Under the pieces are notes generated by a model. That model saw only the letters and a program-made list of their open reading frames with translations, did not search any database and had not been told where the DNA came from. DNA of 64,000 nt from Myxococcota bacterium (lineage in GTDB: Bacteria; Myxococcota_A; Polyangia; Palsa-1104; JAEUJZ01): the NCBI GenBank assembly GCA_025057315.1, contig JANWXW010000057.1, positions 33,250-97,249 on the forward strand. The letters run 5' to 3'. Of the stretch, positions 16,786 through 27,462 are shown piece after piece; the stretch's first letter is position 1; each line of letters starts with the position of its first letter. The position numbers and the translations under genes were made by a program.

Positions 16786-17451
16786 TCAGCTGCCCCCAAG
16801 GAGCCCCACTGGGCAGGAAACGCCGGTGCCGCCATGGCCGCAATAGCCGCCGGGGTTCTTGTCCAGGTACTGCTGGTGGTAGTCTTCGGCGTAGTAAAAA
16901 GTAGAAGCGGGTAGGATCTCAGTGGTGATGGCGCCATAGCCGGCCGCGCTGAGGGCGCGCTGGTAGGCCGCGCGCGATGCCTCCGCGAGTTGCCGCTGCG
17001 CCTCGCTGGTCCAATAGATGGCGGAGCGGTACTGGGTGCCCACGTCGTACCCTTGACGCATGCCTTGGGTGGGGTCGTGGCTCTCCCAAAAGATGCGCAG
17101 CAGGTCCTCATAGCGGATCTGCGCCGGGTCGAACACCACCAGCACCGCCTCGGCATGGCCGGTCAGCCCCGAGCACACTTCCTCATAGGTCGGGTTGGGC
17201 GTGAAGCCACCCGTGTAGCCAACGGCGGTGGAGTAGACGCCGCGCTGCTGCCAGAATGTGCGCTCTGCACCCCAGAAGCAACCCAAAGCGAAGAGCGCCT
17301 GTTCCAGGCCCTCGGGGAAGGGTGGCTCCAGGCGGCCGCCGGTGACCCGGTGGCGCTCGGCAACCTTCATGCGCTCGGCGCGGCCTGGCAAGGCCTCTTC
17401 CGGCTTGGGCAGACGGAGCTTGCGAGAAGAGATAACATGCATGGTAGGCAC
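16786..17451 (-). CDS. msrA: Peptide-methionine (S)-S-oxide reductase
   Basis: [12 protein letters not shown] active site, [37 protein letters not shown]. Confidence 0.93.
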   Translation of the reverse strand: MPTMHVISSRKLRLPKPEEALPGRAERMKVAERHRVTGGRLEPPFPEGLEQALFALGCFWGAERTFWQQRGVYSTAVGYTGGFTPNPTYEEVCSGLTGHAEAVLVVFDPAQIRYEDLLRIFWESHDPTQGMRQGYDVGTQYRSAIYWTSEAQRQLAEASRAAYQRALSAAGYGAITTEILPASTFYYAEDYHQQYLDKNPGGYCGHGGTGVSCPVGLLGGS

Positions 17452-17538
17452 CTAGGACCCAGTCTAGCCGAACAGGGTCTGTTCGGCAGCGTGAAGGCGA
17501 GCAAGGCCCCTTCCAGTGGAGACCTTGTCGACCACGTT

Positions 17539-19305
17539 TCATTCGCGCCTTCGCCGACGGTTGAGCCGTGCCCGCGTGGCCAGCATGCTCAGGCTCAGCC
17601 AGGCAAAGCAGACCAGTGCCCCCCAGCCGGCCCAGCGCGCCCGCCCAGGCTGACCTCTGCCATCGAAGACGACCCACAGGGCCACCGCCGCGATGCCGCA
17701 GGCAGTCAGGATAAGCTGGTGCCCCAGCGTGTAGATGAGCTCGACGCTATCGGCCAGCCCGCGGAAGCGGACCTCCATCTGTCCGCGCTGCGCACGCAGG
17801 AGGAACTTGCGCAGATCCGACGGCAGGGCCATGGCCGTAGACACCACCTCGCGCGTGGTGTCCACCACCAGCTGCGACCAGTCGCGCTCCTTGCCGAGAA
17901 CAAACTCCTCTAGATACGGGCGGATCACCTGCATCGGGTTGAGCGACGGGTCGAGATCGGTGCACAGCCCCAGCAGGAGCAGCACGGTTCGTTCCAGCAT
18001 GATCCACTCCCGTGGCACGTGGAAGTGGTCCATGAGATCGCGCAGCGAGACGTCCATGCGGCGCAGATCAGCCAGGTTCTCCAGCGCCTTCTGCGGGTCT
18101 AGCTTGACGTCTTTGAGCGATAGCGTCTCCAGCTTCACCTCCTCGTGAAAGCGGTCGTGGAGAAAGTCGATGACGCGCTCGAAAATGTCCTGATCGGCAC
18201 CGCGCGCAATAAACCCCATGCCGCGCATGGCCCGCACCAACCGCGGCGTGTCCCGCGTCAGCGCTGCCTGGATCATCTCTACGATGCCGTGCCGCATGCG
18301 CTCGGACACCTCGGCCACGGCCCCAAAATCGAGGAAGACTACTTCCACCGTCGAACCCTCAATGCGGACCAGCAGGTTCCCGGGGTGTGGATCGGCATGA
18401 TATAGACCGTCGGTGAAGATCTGCTGGCAGTAAGCGGTCACGATGCTGCGGGCCAGCTGAGCCCGATCCACGCCCATGGATGCCAGGCGGGCCGTGTCGT
18501 TGATCTTGACGCCCTCCACCCAGCTCGAGGTCAGCACCCGTGCCGTCGAGAGGTCCTCGCGGACGACAGGAAATGCCACCCGAATCGGCGTCAGGGCCGT
18601 GCGGTTGCGAAACCTCTCGGCAATGCGCCGGATGTTCTGCGCCTCGCGGGCGAAGTCCAGCTCCTGCAACACGATGGCGCGAATCTCGTCGAAAACGTCC
18701 AGCAGTCCGTGGTAGGGCACGAACCAGTGGATGATGCGAAAGATGCGCCGCAGGGCAGACAAATCGATGCGGACGATCTCATCGATGTCCGGGTACTGGA
18801 CCTTGACAGCGACCTGCTGACCATCGTGCGTGCAGGCGCGGTGCACCTGCCCGATGGAAGCCGAGGCAATGGGCTCGGGCGAGAAAGAGGCAAACAGTTC
18901 CAGCGGACCCCGTCCAGAAAACTCCTCGCGGATGCGGCGCTCGATGTCTGCATAAGGTCGCGGCGGCACCTGATCCTGAAGGCGGGTCAGCTGCTGGCGA
19001 AACTCCTCCGGAAGGAAGTTGGTCATGATGCTGATCAGCTGCCCGACCTTGATAAACAGACCATGTAAACGAGCGATGGCCGCATCGATGCGGCGAGCGT
19101 TGCGCAGGTGTTTCTGGCGCAGGATCTGCTGCGCAGCCTCATGGCTGCGGAAGCGCGCATGCAGTTTGTATCCAAGATAGCTTAACACCACCCGCAGCGT
19201 CACCATGTATGCGTAGAGGAAGCGACGCCGGCCTCGCAGGGGAGGATGTTGCTGCGCCACCACAGCGTCAGCCATCGAGGGGACCATGAGCTTGTTGTAT
19301 CGCAC
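17539..19305 (-). CDS. ABC1/UbiB-family atypical kinase with C-terminal TM helices
   Basis: PIASASIGQVHRA, VAVKVQYPDI, LYHADPHPGNLLV, FLDFGAV. Two C-terminal hydrophobic helices. Confidence 0.9.
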   Translation of the reverse strand: MRYNKLMVPSMADAVVAQQHPPLRGRRRFLYAYMVTLRVVLSYLGYKLHARFRSHEAAQQILRQKHLRNARRIDAAIARLHGLFIKVGQLISIMTNFLPEEFRQQLTRLQDQVPPRPYADIERRIREEFSGRGPLELFASFSPEPIASASIGQVHRACTHDGQQVAVKVQYPDIDEIVRIDLSALRRIFRIIHWFVPYHGLLDVFDEIRAIVLQELDFAREAQNIRRIAERFRNRTALTPIRVAFPVVREDLSTARVLTSSWVEGVKINDTARLASMGVDRAQLARSIVTAYCQQIFTDGLYHADPHPGNLLVRIEGSTVEVVFLDFGAVAEVSERMRHGIVEMIQAALTRDTPRLVRAMRGMGFIARGADQDIFERVIDFLHDRFHEEVKLETLSLKDVKLDPQKALENLADLRRMDVSLRDLMDHFHVPREWIMLERTVLLLLGLCTDLDPSLNPMQVIRPYLEEFVLGKERDWSQLVVDTTREVVSTAMALPSDLRKFLLRAQRGQMEVRFRGLADSVELIYTLGHQLILTACGIAAVALWVVFDGRGQPGRARWAGWGALVCFAWLSLSMLATRARLNRRRRRE

Positions 19306-19323
19306 CTGCCGGGGTGAGCTGAG

Positions 19324-20994
19324 CTAGCCTTGCTCAGCGCTGCCGGGCGGTGGCCGACTCACCCGCGGCATCGGCGCCGTCACTTCGTCGGCCTCGCGCC
19401 GTTCCCGCCCCGGCACAAGTTGCGCCAGACCCTCCTCCTCTAGTTTTCTGTACAGGGTCTTGCGATCCAGTCCGAGCCGCTGCGCGGCCCGCGTCTTGTT
19501 GCCCCCTTCAGCTTGCATGACGCGGGCAATGTACTCTCGCTCTAGGTCTGCCAAGGTCAGGCCGCGCTGCAGCGCCGAGGTCAGCATATCTACCGGACGG
19601 CGCTCCCGGACCGACGGGGGAAGGTCCTCCGGCTGAATCACCGGTCCCTCGGCCAAGGCCACCACGCGCTCGATGACATTCTCCAGTTCGCGCACGTTGC
19701 CGGGCCAGCTGTGGGCCATGAGGACCTTGGCCGCAGCCTGGCTGAGGCTCAGGTTGCGTGTACCTGCCGCCTTGCGCAGAAAGTGCTCCGCCAACGGCAG
19801 GATGTCCTCAGGGCGGTCGCGCAGGGGGGGCAGGTGGATCTGCACAACGTTGATCCGATAGAAGAGGTCTTCTCGGAAGGTACCTTCCTTGAGCCGCTGC
19901 TCGAGGTTGCGATGGGTGGCAGACAGAACGCGGACGTCGATCCGTTCGGGTCGTTGTGCACCCAGCGGGCGGATCTCCCGCTCTGCCAGTGCCCGCAGCA
20001 ATTTGGCCTGGAGCGCCGGCGACAGGTCGCCGACTTCATCCAGGAACAGCGTGCCTCCATCGGCCTCAACAAACAGGCCGGGACGGTCGGTGCGTGCGTC
20101 GGTGAAGGCGCCTCGCTTGTAGCCGAACAACTCCGACTCCAGGAGCTGATCGGGGATGGCAGCACAGTTGATCGCGACAAAGGGCCGTTTTCGACGCGGG
20201 CTGTTGTAGTGGATGGCACGCGCCACCAGCTCCTTGCCCGTGCCGCTCTCACCGGTGATCAGCACATTGGCCATCGAGCCGCTCAGACGGCGAATGAGGC
20301 TGAAGACCTCCTGCATCTGCGGCGACCGGCCAATCAGGTTGTCGAAGCGGTAGGGCCGCTCGACCTCGCTCTGCAGCCGCCGGACCTCCTCCCGCAGCCC
20401 TCGCTCCTCTAGCGCCTTCTGCACTGCCACCAGCAATGCATCCATAGAAAATGGCTTGCAGATGTAATCGTATGCCCCTAGCTTTACCGCCTTGATCGCC
20501 GTGTCGATAGAGCCGAAGGCGGTGATCACGATGACATGGGGTGGCTGCGGCCCCGATGGGTCGCCACTGCGGATCTCACGCAGCATGTCGAGGCCATCCA
20601 GGTCCGGCATGCGCACATCGGTAATGACCAGATCGATGCCTCCGCGCTGCACGCGCTCGATGCCAGCCCGGCCGCCCCCAACCGACTCCACTCGAAACCC
20701 TTCGTCGGTGAGCGTGTCCTGAAGCAACTCGCGCATGGCCGCGTCATCTTCGACGACCAGAATGCAGTGGCCACGCAGATGAGATGCCTGGGGCTGGGCG
20801 CGCAGCGGCAACGTGGGCTGCCGTATGCTGGTCTCTGCTGACCCACGCTGCGGTGGGGGCTCTGCCCGCCCGCCGAGCCGAATCGGCTCGGTTGGATCAG
20901 GTCGGCCCTGGGGCTCGCTCCCCCACGACTGCAGCGGAAGCTTGGTGGTGTTCCGGGTTGGTTGCGCCATGTTCGTCCAGTCTTTCGTCTTCAT
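19324..20994 (-). CDS. Sigma-54-dependent response regulator (NtrC family: REC - AAA+ - Fis HTH)
   Basis: REC: [14 protein letters not shown]...[17 protein letters not shown]+: [36 protein letters not shown] (GAFTGA-type loop), [12 protein letters not shown]-terminal [23 protein letters not shown]. Start chosen at the Met at 20994 (GGAG upstream); the Met at 20970 is an alternative. It overlaps the kinase 3' end by ~75-100 nt. Confidence 0.9.
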   Translation of the reverse strand: MKTKDWTNMAQPTRNTTKLPLQSWGSEPQGRPDPTEPIRLGGRAEPPPQRGSAETSIRQPTLPLRAQPQASHLRGHCILVVEDDAAMRELLQDTLTDEGFRVESVGGGRAGIERVQRGGIDLVITDVRMPDLDGLDMLREIRSGDPSGPQPPHVIVITAFGSIDTAIKAVKLGAYDYICKPFSMDALLVAVQKALEERGLREEVRRLQSEVERPYRFDNLIGRSPQMQEVFSLIRRLSGSMANVLITGESGTGKELVARAIHYNSPRRKRPFVAINCAAIPDQLLESELFGYKRGAFTDARTDRPGLFVEADGGTLFLDEVGDLSPALQAKLLRALAEREIRPLGAQRPERIDVRVLSATHRNLEQRLKEGTFREDLFYRINVVQIHLPPLRDRPEDILPLAEHFLRKAAGTRNLSLSQAAAKVLMAHSWPGNVRELENVIERVVALAEGPVIQPEDLPPSVRERRPVDMLTSALQRGLTLADLEREYIARVMQAEGGNKTRAAQRLGLDRKTLYRKLEEEGLAQLVPGRERREADEVTAPMPRVSRPPPGSAEQG

Positions 20995-22735
20995 CAATCT
21001 CCGGGGCCGGTAGATACACGCGAAAGGTTGTACCGCCACCCGGACAGCTATCGATCTCGATCCATCCGTCATGATCCTTGATGATGCCGGCAGAGACCGA
21101 CAGGCCCAGGCCGGCGCCAGGGCCATGAAGCTTGGTGGAGTAAAACGGCTCGAAGATGCGCTCCTTGTCTTCTTCCGGGATCCCCATGCCGGTGTCGGAC
21201 ACGGCGAGCATGACGTACGCTCCCGGTGGGCTCCGGTCCAGCCCCGGGCGCCGTCGCACCAGCCCGAACAACGATAGCTGCAATTCGCCTCCCTCTGGCA
21301 TGGCCTGCACCGCGTTGAGGCACAGGTTCAGACAGACCTGCTGGAGCTGATCCGGGTCGCCCACGACCACCGGTGTGGTCGGAGGCGGCAGCGGCACCTC
21401 GCCGCTGGGTTCAGCCCCCGCTGAGCCCACCCAGCCCGTCGACAGCCTTCCTGTTTGAGGGGGAACCACGACAAAGGGCACCAGGCGCGCCACCACCCGT
21501 GCCGTGGCCAGTTGGTGCTCCAGGAAGTCCAGCGTCATGGCCGCAATGCGCTCCAGGTCCACCCGCCCGCGGGCCGGGGCCTTGCTGCGTGCATAGTCAA
21601 GGAGTTGCTGGATGATCTTGGTGATGCGTTCCGCCTGGGCTGCGATGATCTCGGCATTTTTCTGCACCGCCTGAGGGTCATCCGCACGCCTCGCCATGGC
21701 TCGGGCACGGCCGCCGATGACGTTGAGCGGTGTACCTACCTCGTGGGCAATGCCTGCAGCAAGCTGGCCAATGGTAGCCAGCTTGTCGGCTTGGCGAAGG
21801 CGCATCTCGAGCTGGAGCTTCGCATCCACGCCGGCCAGGATCTGTTCCCGTGCCTCGCGCAGCGAGCGCGTCATCTCGTTGAAGCGGTCGGCCAGAAGGC
21901 CTACCTCATCGTCCCGTTCCCGCAGGATGACGCCGGTGTAATCACCGCGCGTGACCTCATCGATGCCCCCCACCAGGCGCAAAAGGGGTTTGGCAAAGGC
22001 CTGCCGCACCGTGAAGCTGACCATAAGGATGAGCAGCACGCTCAGCACCGCCACCGTAGCCAGCACCTGGCGGCTGAAAGCCCGCATCGCCGCTGCGGCC
22101 TCGCCCTCGTCGCGCAGCAGATCCACCACGCCCACCAAGGCGTGGTTGCTGCGCAAGGGGACCATATAAGCATAAAACGGACGCCCGCCCACGGTGATGT
22201 GCTCGCCGTAGGGCTGACCGTTGATCTGCACCCGACGCAGACGGGAGGCCCGGCCCGGGTCTGGCAGAGGCCGGGCGAAGGTCTCCTCGGTATCCCGGGG
22301 TTGCGTGGCAGCCGGTCCGAACGCAGCGCTGTCACCAGGGTGGACCAGGTCTAGGTAGACCACCCGCACCGGCTGCTCGGTCTTTTGCATGCGCTGGATG
22401 AGGTGACGCACATCCTCGTACAGACCTTCCTGCAGGGCTGCCTCCAGTGCCACTTGCAGCGAGGAGCCAAAGAGCTGCGTCTGACGCTCCAGGTCGCGCC
22501 GCAGCTCGCCCTCGCGTGCGCGGATGCCAAGGTAGCCATACAGGCTGATGGTGAGAACCACCGGCAGCCCCGTCAGCAGGGTGACGCGCGTTCCGATCTT
22601 CACTCTGCGTGCGAGTCTAGCATTCCTGGCCGTATCTGTCGGGTCCCACTCGTGTAAAATACTGCCCACCCCCTCATGTTCCGGCAGCCGCTGCAGGTCG
22701 ACTGGCTCAAGTTGGGCGGAGCCCCGCTCCTCCAC
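20897..22735 (-). CDS. Sensor histidine kinase (2 TM, periplasmic domain, HAMP, HisKA, HATPase)
   Basis: HAMP: [19 protein letters not shown]...[17 protein letters not shown]-box: [18 protein letters not shown] boxes: [41 protein letters not shown]. Confidence 0.88.
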   Translation of the reverse strand: MEERGSAQLEPVDLQRLPEHEGVGSILHEWDPTDTARNARLARRVKIGTRVTLLTGLPVVLTISLYGYLGIRAREGELRRDLERQTQLFGSSLQVALEAALQEGLYEDVRHLIQRMQKTEQPVRVVYLDLVHPGDSAAFGPAATQPRDTEETFARPLPDPGRASRLRRVQINGQPYGEHITVGGRPFYAYMVPLRSNHALVGVVDLLRDEGEAAAAMRAFSRQVLATVAVLSVLLILMVSFTVRQAFAKPLLRLVGGIDEVTRGDYTGVILRERDDEVGLLADRFNEMTRSLREAREQILAGVDAKLQLEMRLRQADKLATIGQLAAGIAHEVGTPLNVIGGRARAMARRADDPQAVQKNAEIIAAQAERITKIIQQLLDYARSKAPARGRVDLERIAAMTLDFLEHQLATARVVARLVPFVVVPPQTGRLSTGWVGSAGAEPSGEVPLPPPTTPVVVGDPDQLQQVCLNLCLNAVQAMPEGGELQLSLFGLVRRRPGLDRSPPGAYVMLAVSDTGMGIPEEDKERIFEPFYSTKLHGPGAGLGLSVSAGIIKDHDGWIEIDSCPGGGTTFRVYLPAPEIDEDERLDEHGATNPEHHQASAAVVGERAPGPT

Positions 22736-23515
22736 ACGGCGGGGCGCGTGGCGATTTCAGTCTGCCCCGGCCGGCCGGAGATGGGCCAGGGCTTGGAGGC
22801 GGACGTGGCGCGCCTGAAGGCGCTTCACATCGACATCGTGCTGTCACTGGCCGAGGAGTCCGAGCGCAGCCTCTACGGTGCCGCCGGATTGGGTGCGGCC
22901 TTGGCAGCCGCCGGCATCGGCCACCTGGAGTATCCGCTCATCGATGGGCTCCCGCCCAGCGACCTGGGCGAGGCGCGGTCGGTATGCATGCGGATCCTAG
23001 GGCAGCTGGGGGAGGGGCATAATGTCCTTATCCACTGCATCGGCGGCTGGGGACGCTCCGGCACGCTGGCGGCGGCGCTGCTGTGTCACGAGGGCCACTC
23101 TCCCCGCCGAGCCATCGAGCTGGTGCGGCGCGCGCGCAGCCCGCGCTGCGTCGAAACCATGGCCCAGGAGGTCTTTGTCCACAAGTATGCCCAGCACCAG
23201 CGGGGCTTCTATCGCCGCTACCTGTTTTTTCCCCGCGCAGCCATCCCCCAGGTGCTGGGCGGGGAACCAGGGCAGCGCCGCTGCAACCCCAGCGGTGTGT
23301 CCCTCTTTGTGGCGGACACGGCGGAGCAGCTGACGCGGGCGCTGATCCAGGTGCACCACCTTCACCAGCAGGATGAGGCCTGGGTGGTCTCCGGTGAACT
23401 CCCCGTAGAGAAGCCTGTTCCGCCTGGTGCTGCTCTCACAGTGGACCGAGCCTATCACATCAGTGGAACCGGCCTCCTGCCGGTGCCCTTTTCGCGCCTG
23501 GGGCAGGGCCCATAA
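22676..23515 (+). CDS. Dual-specificity/Cys-based protein phosphatase domain protein with uncharacterised C-terminal ~110 aa
   Basis: CX5R P-loop VLIHCIGGWGRSGTLAA. The listed start overlaps the divergent kinase start by 60 nt, so one of the two starts is probably wrong. Confidence 0.7.
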   Translation: MFRQPLQVDWLKLGGAPLLHTAGRVAISVCPGRPEMGQGLEADVARLKALHIDIVLSLAEESERSLYGAAGLGAALAAAGIGHLEYPLIDGLPPSDLGEARSVCMRILGQLGEGHNVLIHCIGGWGRSGTLAAALLCHEGHSPRRAIELVRRARSPRCVETMAQEVFVHKYAQHQRGFYRRYLFFPRAAIPQVLGGEPGQRRCNPSGVSLFVADTAEQLTRALIQVHHLHQQDEAWVVSGELPVEKPVPPGAALTVDRAYHISGTGLLPVPFSRLGQGP

Positions 23516-23526
23516 CGATGGCCCAC

Positions 23527-23561
23527 GAAGAAAAAGAAAAGGCCCCTGTAAGAGGAGCCTT
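23527..23561 (-). terminator. Rho-independent terminator candidate downstream of the pilin gene
   Basis: The minus strand reads AAGGCTCC-TCTTACA-GGGGCCTT (7 of 8 bp stem) followed by TTTCTTTTTCTT. Located 36 nt after the pilin stop. Confidence 0.6.
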
Positions 23562-23596
23562 GGGAGCGAGGCCTGAGAGCCAGTGTAGGTCGCGCT

Positions 23597-24148
23597 TTAT
23601 TCGATGTCACTCAGGATGTAGAGGCCGGAACCGCCCTTGATGCTAAACTGCGCATCCACCGTCGCGGTGCGCTGGTACAGCGAGTGCGCGGCGTCGCAGT
23701 TCAGGTTGCCATGCGCGCGCAGGTCGTAGTAGTCGCCCACCGCGGTGCCGGTCCCATTGGTGCGGTTGGTCAGGTACCAATAGTAGTGCGGGTCATCGAC
23801 CGAGAAGTTGAGCGCCTGCCAGGTCACGGTCTGCCACTGGGCAGGGTTGGGGGCACACTTTTGGCCGGTCTGGGCACAGCAGCTGTTGGCGGCCGGCGTG
23901 GCGCCCTGGCTGGGCGGGAAGACGCGCGGCTGGATCTGGCCGGTTTGGTCTGCCCGCTCCGAGTTGAAGTAGGCCACCGTCGAGTCGTAGAGCTTGCGAA
24001 GGTTCATCGCTGCCTCGGTGGTCTTGGAGCGGCGGATGTACTTCATAAAGGCCGGGATGGCCACCGCTGCCAGGATGCCGATGATGGCCACGACGATCAT
24101 CAGCTCGATGAGCGTAAAGCCTTTCGAGATGGAACGGACCTTGGTCAT
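23597..24148 (-). CDS. Type IV pilin-like protein (prepilin N-terminal cleavage/methylation domain)
   Basis: Internal Met at 24148 preceded by GGAGG: [46 protein letters not shown]. Cys pairs in the C-terminal half. Ends [12 protein letters not shown], like its paralog at 49363. Confidence 0.87.
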   Translation of the reverse strand: MTKVRSISKGFTLIELMIVVAIIGILAAVAIPAFMKYIRRSKTTEAAMNLRKLYDSTVAYFNSERADQTGQIQPRVFPPSQGATPAANSCCAQTGQKCAPNPAQWQTVTWQALNFSVDDPHYYWYLTNRTNGTGTAVGDYYDLRAHGNLNCDAAHSLYQRTATVDAQFSIKGGSGLYILSDIE

Positions 24149-24201
24149 TGGATGCCTCCGGTGTTGTCTCCCTTGTCCCCCCCAGACACCCCGGGCATCC
24201 T

Positions 24202-24215
24202 GCATGGCTTGTGCC
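24202..24215 (-). promoter_or_regulatory. Sigma-54 (-24/-12) promoter candidate for the pilin gene
   Basis: The minus strand reads cGGCAC-AAGCC-aTGCa (consensus TGGCAC-N5-TTGCW) with correct GG-N10-GC spacing. It lies ~52 nt upstream of the ATG at 24148. Confidence 0.5.
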
Positions 24216-24415
24216 GGAGCCTCCTGCGCGCGCTTTGGCCAGCTTGGCTGTTGCGAGGACAAATTTTGTCAACAAGCAGGGCTCAAAATCGTCATGGCCC
24301 GCACGTTCTCGAGTAGATCTCAACAGGCTTTGGGGCAGAAATTGCCACCGGCAAAGATGCCTTGGAATTGCACTATGTTATTGCGGAGGGCCGACCGGCA
24401 GGACCGGCCCCGCGC

Positions 24416-25393
24416 CTACCCTTGCCGACGGCGTGGCAGGCCCACCGCCATCCACACCTGCTCCAGGAGCAGGTGGGCCTCGGCCCGCGCGCGGCGTGCC
24501 CCCTGGCGGAGGATGTCCTCCACGTAGTCGCGGTCGGCGGCGAGACGTTCGCGTCGCTCCCGCAACGGTGCAAACCGTTCTTCGTACAGCTCATAGAGCC
24601 GGGTCTTGACCTGCCCATAGCCGACACCCCCCTTGCGGTAGCGGTCCTCCCAGTCAGCCACCTCCTCGGGCCCGGCCAGCAGGCGCAGCAGGGCCAGCAC
24701 GTTGCATCGCGCCGGATCCTTGGGGTCTGCCACCGGGGTGCTGTCCGTCTTGATGGACATGATCTTCTTCTTTGCCTCCCCGGGGGGCTCAAAGATGCCG
24801 ATCGTATTATGATATGATTTGCTCATCTTTTCGCCGTCGATCCCGGGGACGCGGGCAGCGCGGTTGAGCCGCGGCTCGGGCCGCTTGAGCACGTCCGTCC
24901 GATAGGTATGGTTGAAGGACTGCGCCATGTCCTGCGTCATCTCGATGTGCTGGACCTGATCCTGTCCGACGGGGACCTGGTCGGCCCGATAGAGCAGGAT
25001 GTCGGCCGCCATGAGCACAGGGTAGTAATATAGGCCCATGCTCGGGACGATGCCGCGCTGGATCTTGTCCTTGTAGCTGTGCGCGCGGTCGAGCAGACCC
25101 TTGCCGGTCACGGTGGCCAGGATCCAGGCCAGCTCCTGGACCTCAGGCACATCGGACTGACGGAACAGCACGGCGCGCGTTGGGTCCAGCCCCAGCGCCA
25201 GATAATCCACCGCCACCTCATGCGTGTAGCGGGAGAGCAGCTCTGGGTCGTGGACCGTGGTCATGGCATGGTAGTTGGCAATGAAATAGAACGCCTCGTT
25301 GCCCTCCTGCAGCTCGATGTGCTGCTGGATGGCACCAAAGTAGTTGCCGAGGTGAAGGGGACCAGAGGGCTGAACGCCCGACAAGATGCGCAT
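24416..25393 (-). CDS. trpS: Tryptophan--tRNA ligase
   Basis: MRILSGVQPSGPLHLGNYFGAI (HIGH-type), GQDQVQHIEMTQD, KMSKS, 325 aa. Confidence 0.95.
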   Translation of the reverse strand: MRILSGVQPSGPLHLGNYFGAIQQHIELQEGNEAFYFIANYHAMTTVHDPELLSRYTHEVAVDYLALGLDPTRAVLFRQSDVPEVQELAWILATVTGKGLLDRAHSYKDKIQRGIVPSMGLYYYPVLMAADILLYRADQVPVGQDQVQHIEMTQDMAQSFNHTYRTDVLKRPEPRLNRAARVPGIDGEKMSKSYHNTIGIFEPPGEAKKKIMSIKTDSTPVADPKDPARCNVLALLRLLAGPEEVADWEDRYRKGGVGYGQVKTRLYELYEERFAPLRERRERLAADRDYVEDILRQGARRARAEAHLLLEQVWMAVGLPRRRQG

Positions 25394-25409
25394 GGCGCGC
25401 AGTGTAGCC

Positions 25410-27395
25410 TTACATGGAGGCGTTGAGGAGCACCGTCAGGGCGTTGCTGGGCGAGACGCTCACCGTGGCCAGGTCCAGACGGCCATCGCCGTTGTAGTCG
25501 CCGGCGGTGACCCCGAATACCGTCGGCAGCGTGAGGGCCTCGGCACTGCGCGGCAGCCCACCGCGGCCATCGCCCAACAGCAGCGACACGACGGCGTCGC
25601 TGCCGCGCTGCTCGCGGTAGCAAGCAGCAGCCACATCGAGCCGACCGTCGCCATCGAAGTCGCCAATGGCTAGGCTAAAGGGCCCCTGCCCGCTGCGCAC
25701 GGTCTGCACCGGACGGAACGTACCGTCCCCATTGCCAAGCAAGATGCTGATGTTGTCGCTGCCTCGGTTGCCAGACACCAGGTCGCTCTTTCCATCGCCG
25801 TTGAGGTCGGCCAAACGGAGCGTATACGTACCCACGCCGCCCAGAGCCAGCTCCCCGCGGGACCGGAAGGTGCCGTCCCCGTTGCCGACAAAGACGCGTG
25901 CCGTACGGCGGGCTGAGGTGGCCACCACCAGGTCGGGGAACGAATCGCCGTCGATGTGGCCGGCTGTCAGGGTTGAGTCGGCATCGCGCACCCCGGTATC
26001 GGACCCGCCCACCAGCAGGGCAGCCGTTAGGTTCCCGGAGCGGTCTGCTGCCGCCAACAGCACATAGGTGCGGCCCCCATTCATCGAGTCGGTGACCGCG
26101 ACGTCATCGAGCCCATCGCCGTTGAAGTCAGCCGTGGCCACCGCTGGAGGCCAGGCGCGCTCGGCACCTGCAGGCACATCGTACTGTACGGCGGGCCGGA
26201 ATGAACCGTCCTCGTTGGCCACAAGCACGCTGACGGTGGGCTGGCGGTTGTCAGCGGTAACCAGGTCCGGACGCCGGTCGCCGTTGAAGTCGCCGACGGC
26301 AAGCATCAGCGGGTAAGTGCCGTCCATGCGACCCACCCGGTATACATTTCCGCGGAGGAACGTGCCGTCGCCCCGGCCCAGCCACAGCCCCACAGTGCTG
26401 TCGATTTCATTGATAAGAGCGATGTCCAAGTGCGGGTCGGCCAAGCCATTAAAGTGCCCGCTGACAATGTAGTATGGCTTGTTGCCCGGCGCGTAGGTTA
26501 TGCGCGGCATGCCACCAAAACGCAGCGTGCCATAATGGTAGGCGTAGGCCCCCGGTCGCTCCAGAGTCTCCCCACCGCGGCGGAGGCGGAGGGTGACTGG
26601 TCCGGCTCGGCCCGGTGGAGCTGTGACCACCGCGGTGCGTCCGTCTGCCTCCACCCGGATGAGGGGCGCAGGCGTGGTGCCAAAGAAAACCTCCATGTCG
26701 CTGCTCAGCAGCTCGCCCTGCAGTGTCACCTGAGTGCCCCCGGTGGTGGGTCCCCCGTCTGGTGTCACCGACGACAGACCGAATGCGCGCACGCAGGTGT
26801 TGCCCTCGCAGCGGCCGCTGGAGCAGTCCGGCCCCCGGAGGCACGCCTGGCCGCCCAAGCACGGGCTGCAGCTCCCGCCGCAGTCTACGTCCGTCTCGTC
26901 TCCGTTGCGGATGCGGTCCGTGCAGCTTGGGCCGCACGGCGGGCAGGGACCGCCGCAGTCCACCCCCGTCTCGACGCCGTTCTGCACGCCATCGTCGCAG
27001 CGGGCATTGTCTCCGCCAAGCGGCATCAGCGTCAGCACGATGCTGCGCCGGTCCCCGGGGCTGAGGGAGCTGACGACGCGGCTGCCATAGAGCAGGGGCC
27101 GGCCGTTCCATAGACCCTGTGCGTTTACCTTGATGGTCCGCTGCGCTTCATCGGGCAGGGGCAGCGGCACGGTGAGCGGCAGGAGCTGTCCGCCAATCTC
27201 GGTCCGATGGTGGTGGTTGTAGCGGAAGGTGCCGTCGCCCTCGACCTCAAACTGGACAGCATCAATGCGTTCGCCTAGGTTCGCACTGGACTGGAGGCGG
27301 ACGCTCAGGCATGTGCCGACCACACCGGCGCAGACCGAATCGTCGCGGCAGCCCGCCAGGGCAGTGAGCAAGAGCAGAATGGCGGTGCGCTTCAT
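25410..27395 (-). CDS. FG-GAP/VCBS-repeat lipoprotein with Cys-rich modules and an IPT/TIG-like domain
   Basis: Met at 27395 preceded by GGAGGAGG: MKRTAILLLLTALAGC (lipobox). Cys-rich CDDGVQNGVETGVDCGGPCPPC / CTDRIRNGDETDVDCGGSCSPC. Repeated GDFNGDGxxDL FG-GAP units. Confidence 0.85.
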   Translation of the reverse strand: MKRTAILLLLTALAGCRDDSVCAGVVGTCLSVRLQSSANLGERIDAVQFEVEGDGTFRYNHHHRTEIGGQLLPLTVPLPLPDEAQRTIKVNAQGLWNGRPLLYGSRVVSSLSPGDRRSIVLTLMPLGGDNARCDDGVQNGVETGVDCGGPCPPCGPSCTDRIRNGDETDVDCGGSCSPCLGGQACLRGPDCSSGRCEGNTCVRAFGLSSVTPDGGPTTGGTQVTLQGELLSSDMEVFFGTTPAPLIRVEADGRTAVVTAPPGRAGPVTLRLRRGGETLERPGAYAYHYGTLRFGGMPRITYAPGNKPYYIVSGHFNGLADPHLDIALINEIDSTVGLWLGRGDGTFLRGNVYRVGRMDGTYPLMLAVGDFNGDRRPDLVTADNRQPTVSVLVANEDGSFRPAVQYDVPAGAERAWPPAVATADFNGDGLDDVAVTDSMNGGRTYVLLAAADRSGNLTAALLVGGSDTGVRDADSTLTAGHIDGDSFPDLVVATSARRTARVFVGNGDGTFRSRGELALGGVGTYTLRLADLNGDGKSDLVSGNRGSDNISILLGNGDGTFRPVQTVRSGQGPFSLAIGDFDGDGRLDVAAACYREQRGSDAVVSLLLGDGRGGLPRSAEALTLPTVFGVTAGDYNGDGRLDLATVSVSPSNALTVLLNASM

Positions 27396-27462
27396 AGGGT
27401 CCTCCTCCTCGAGGAGTAGGCACCGCAGGCAAGACATCCAGAGGGCAGTGATGGATGTGGGG

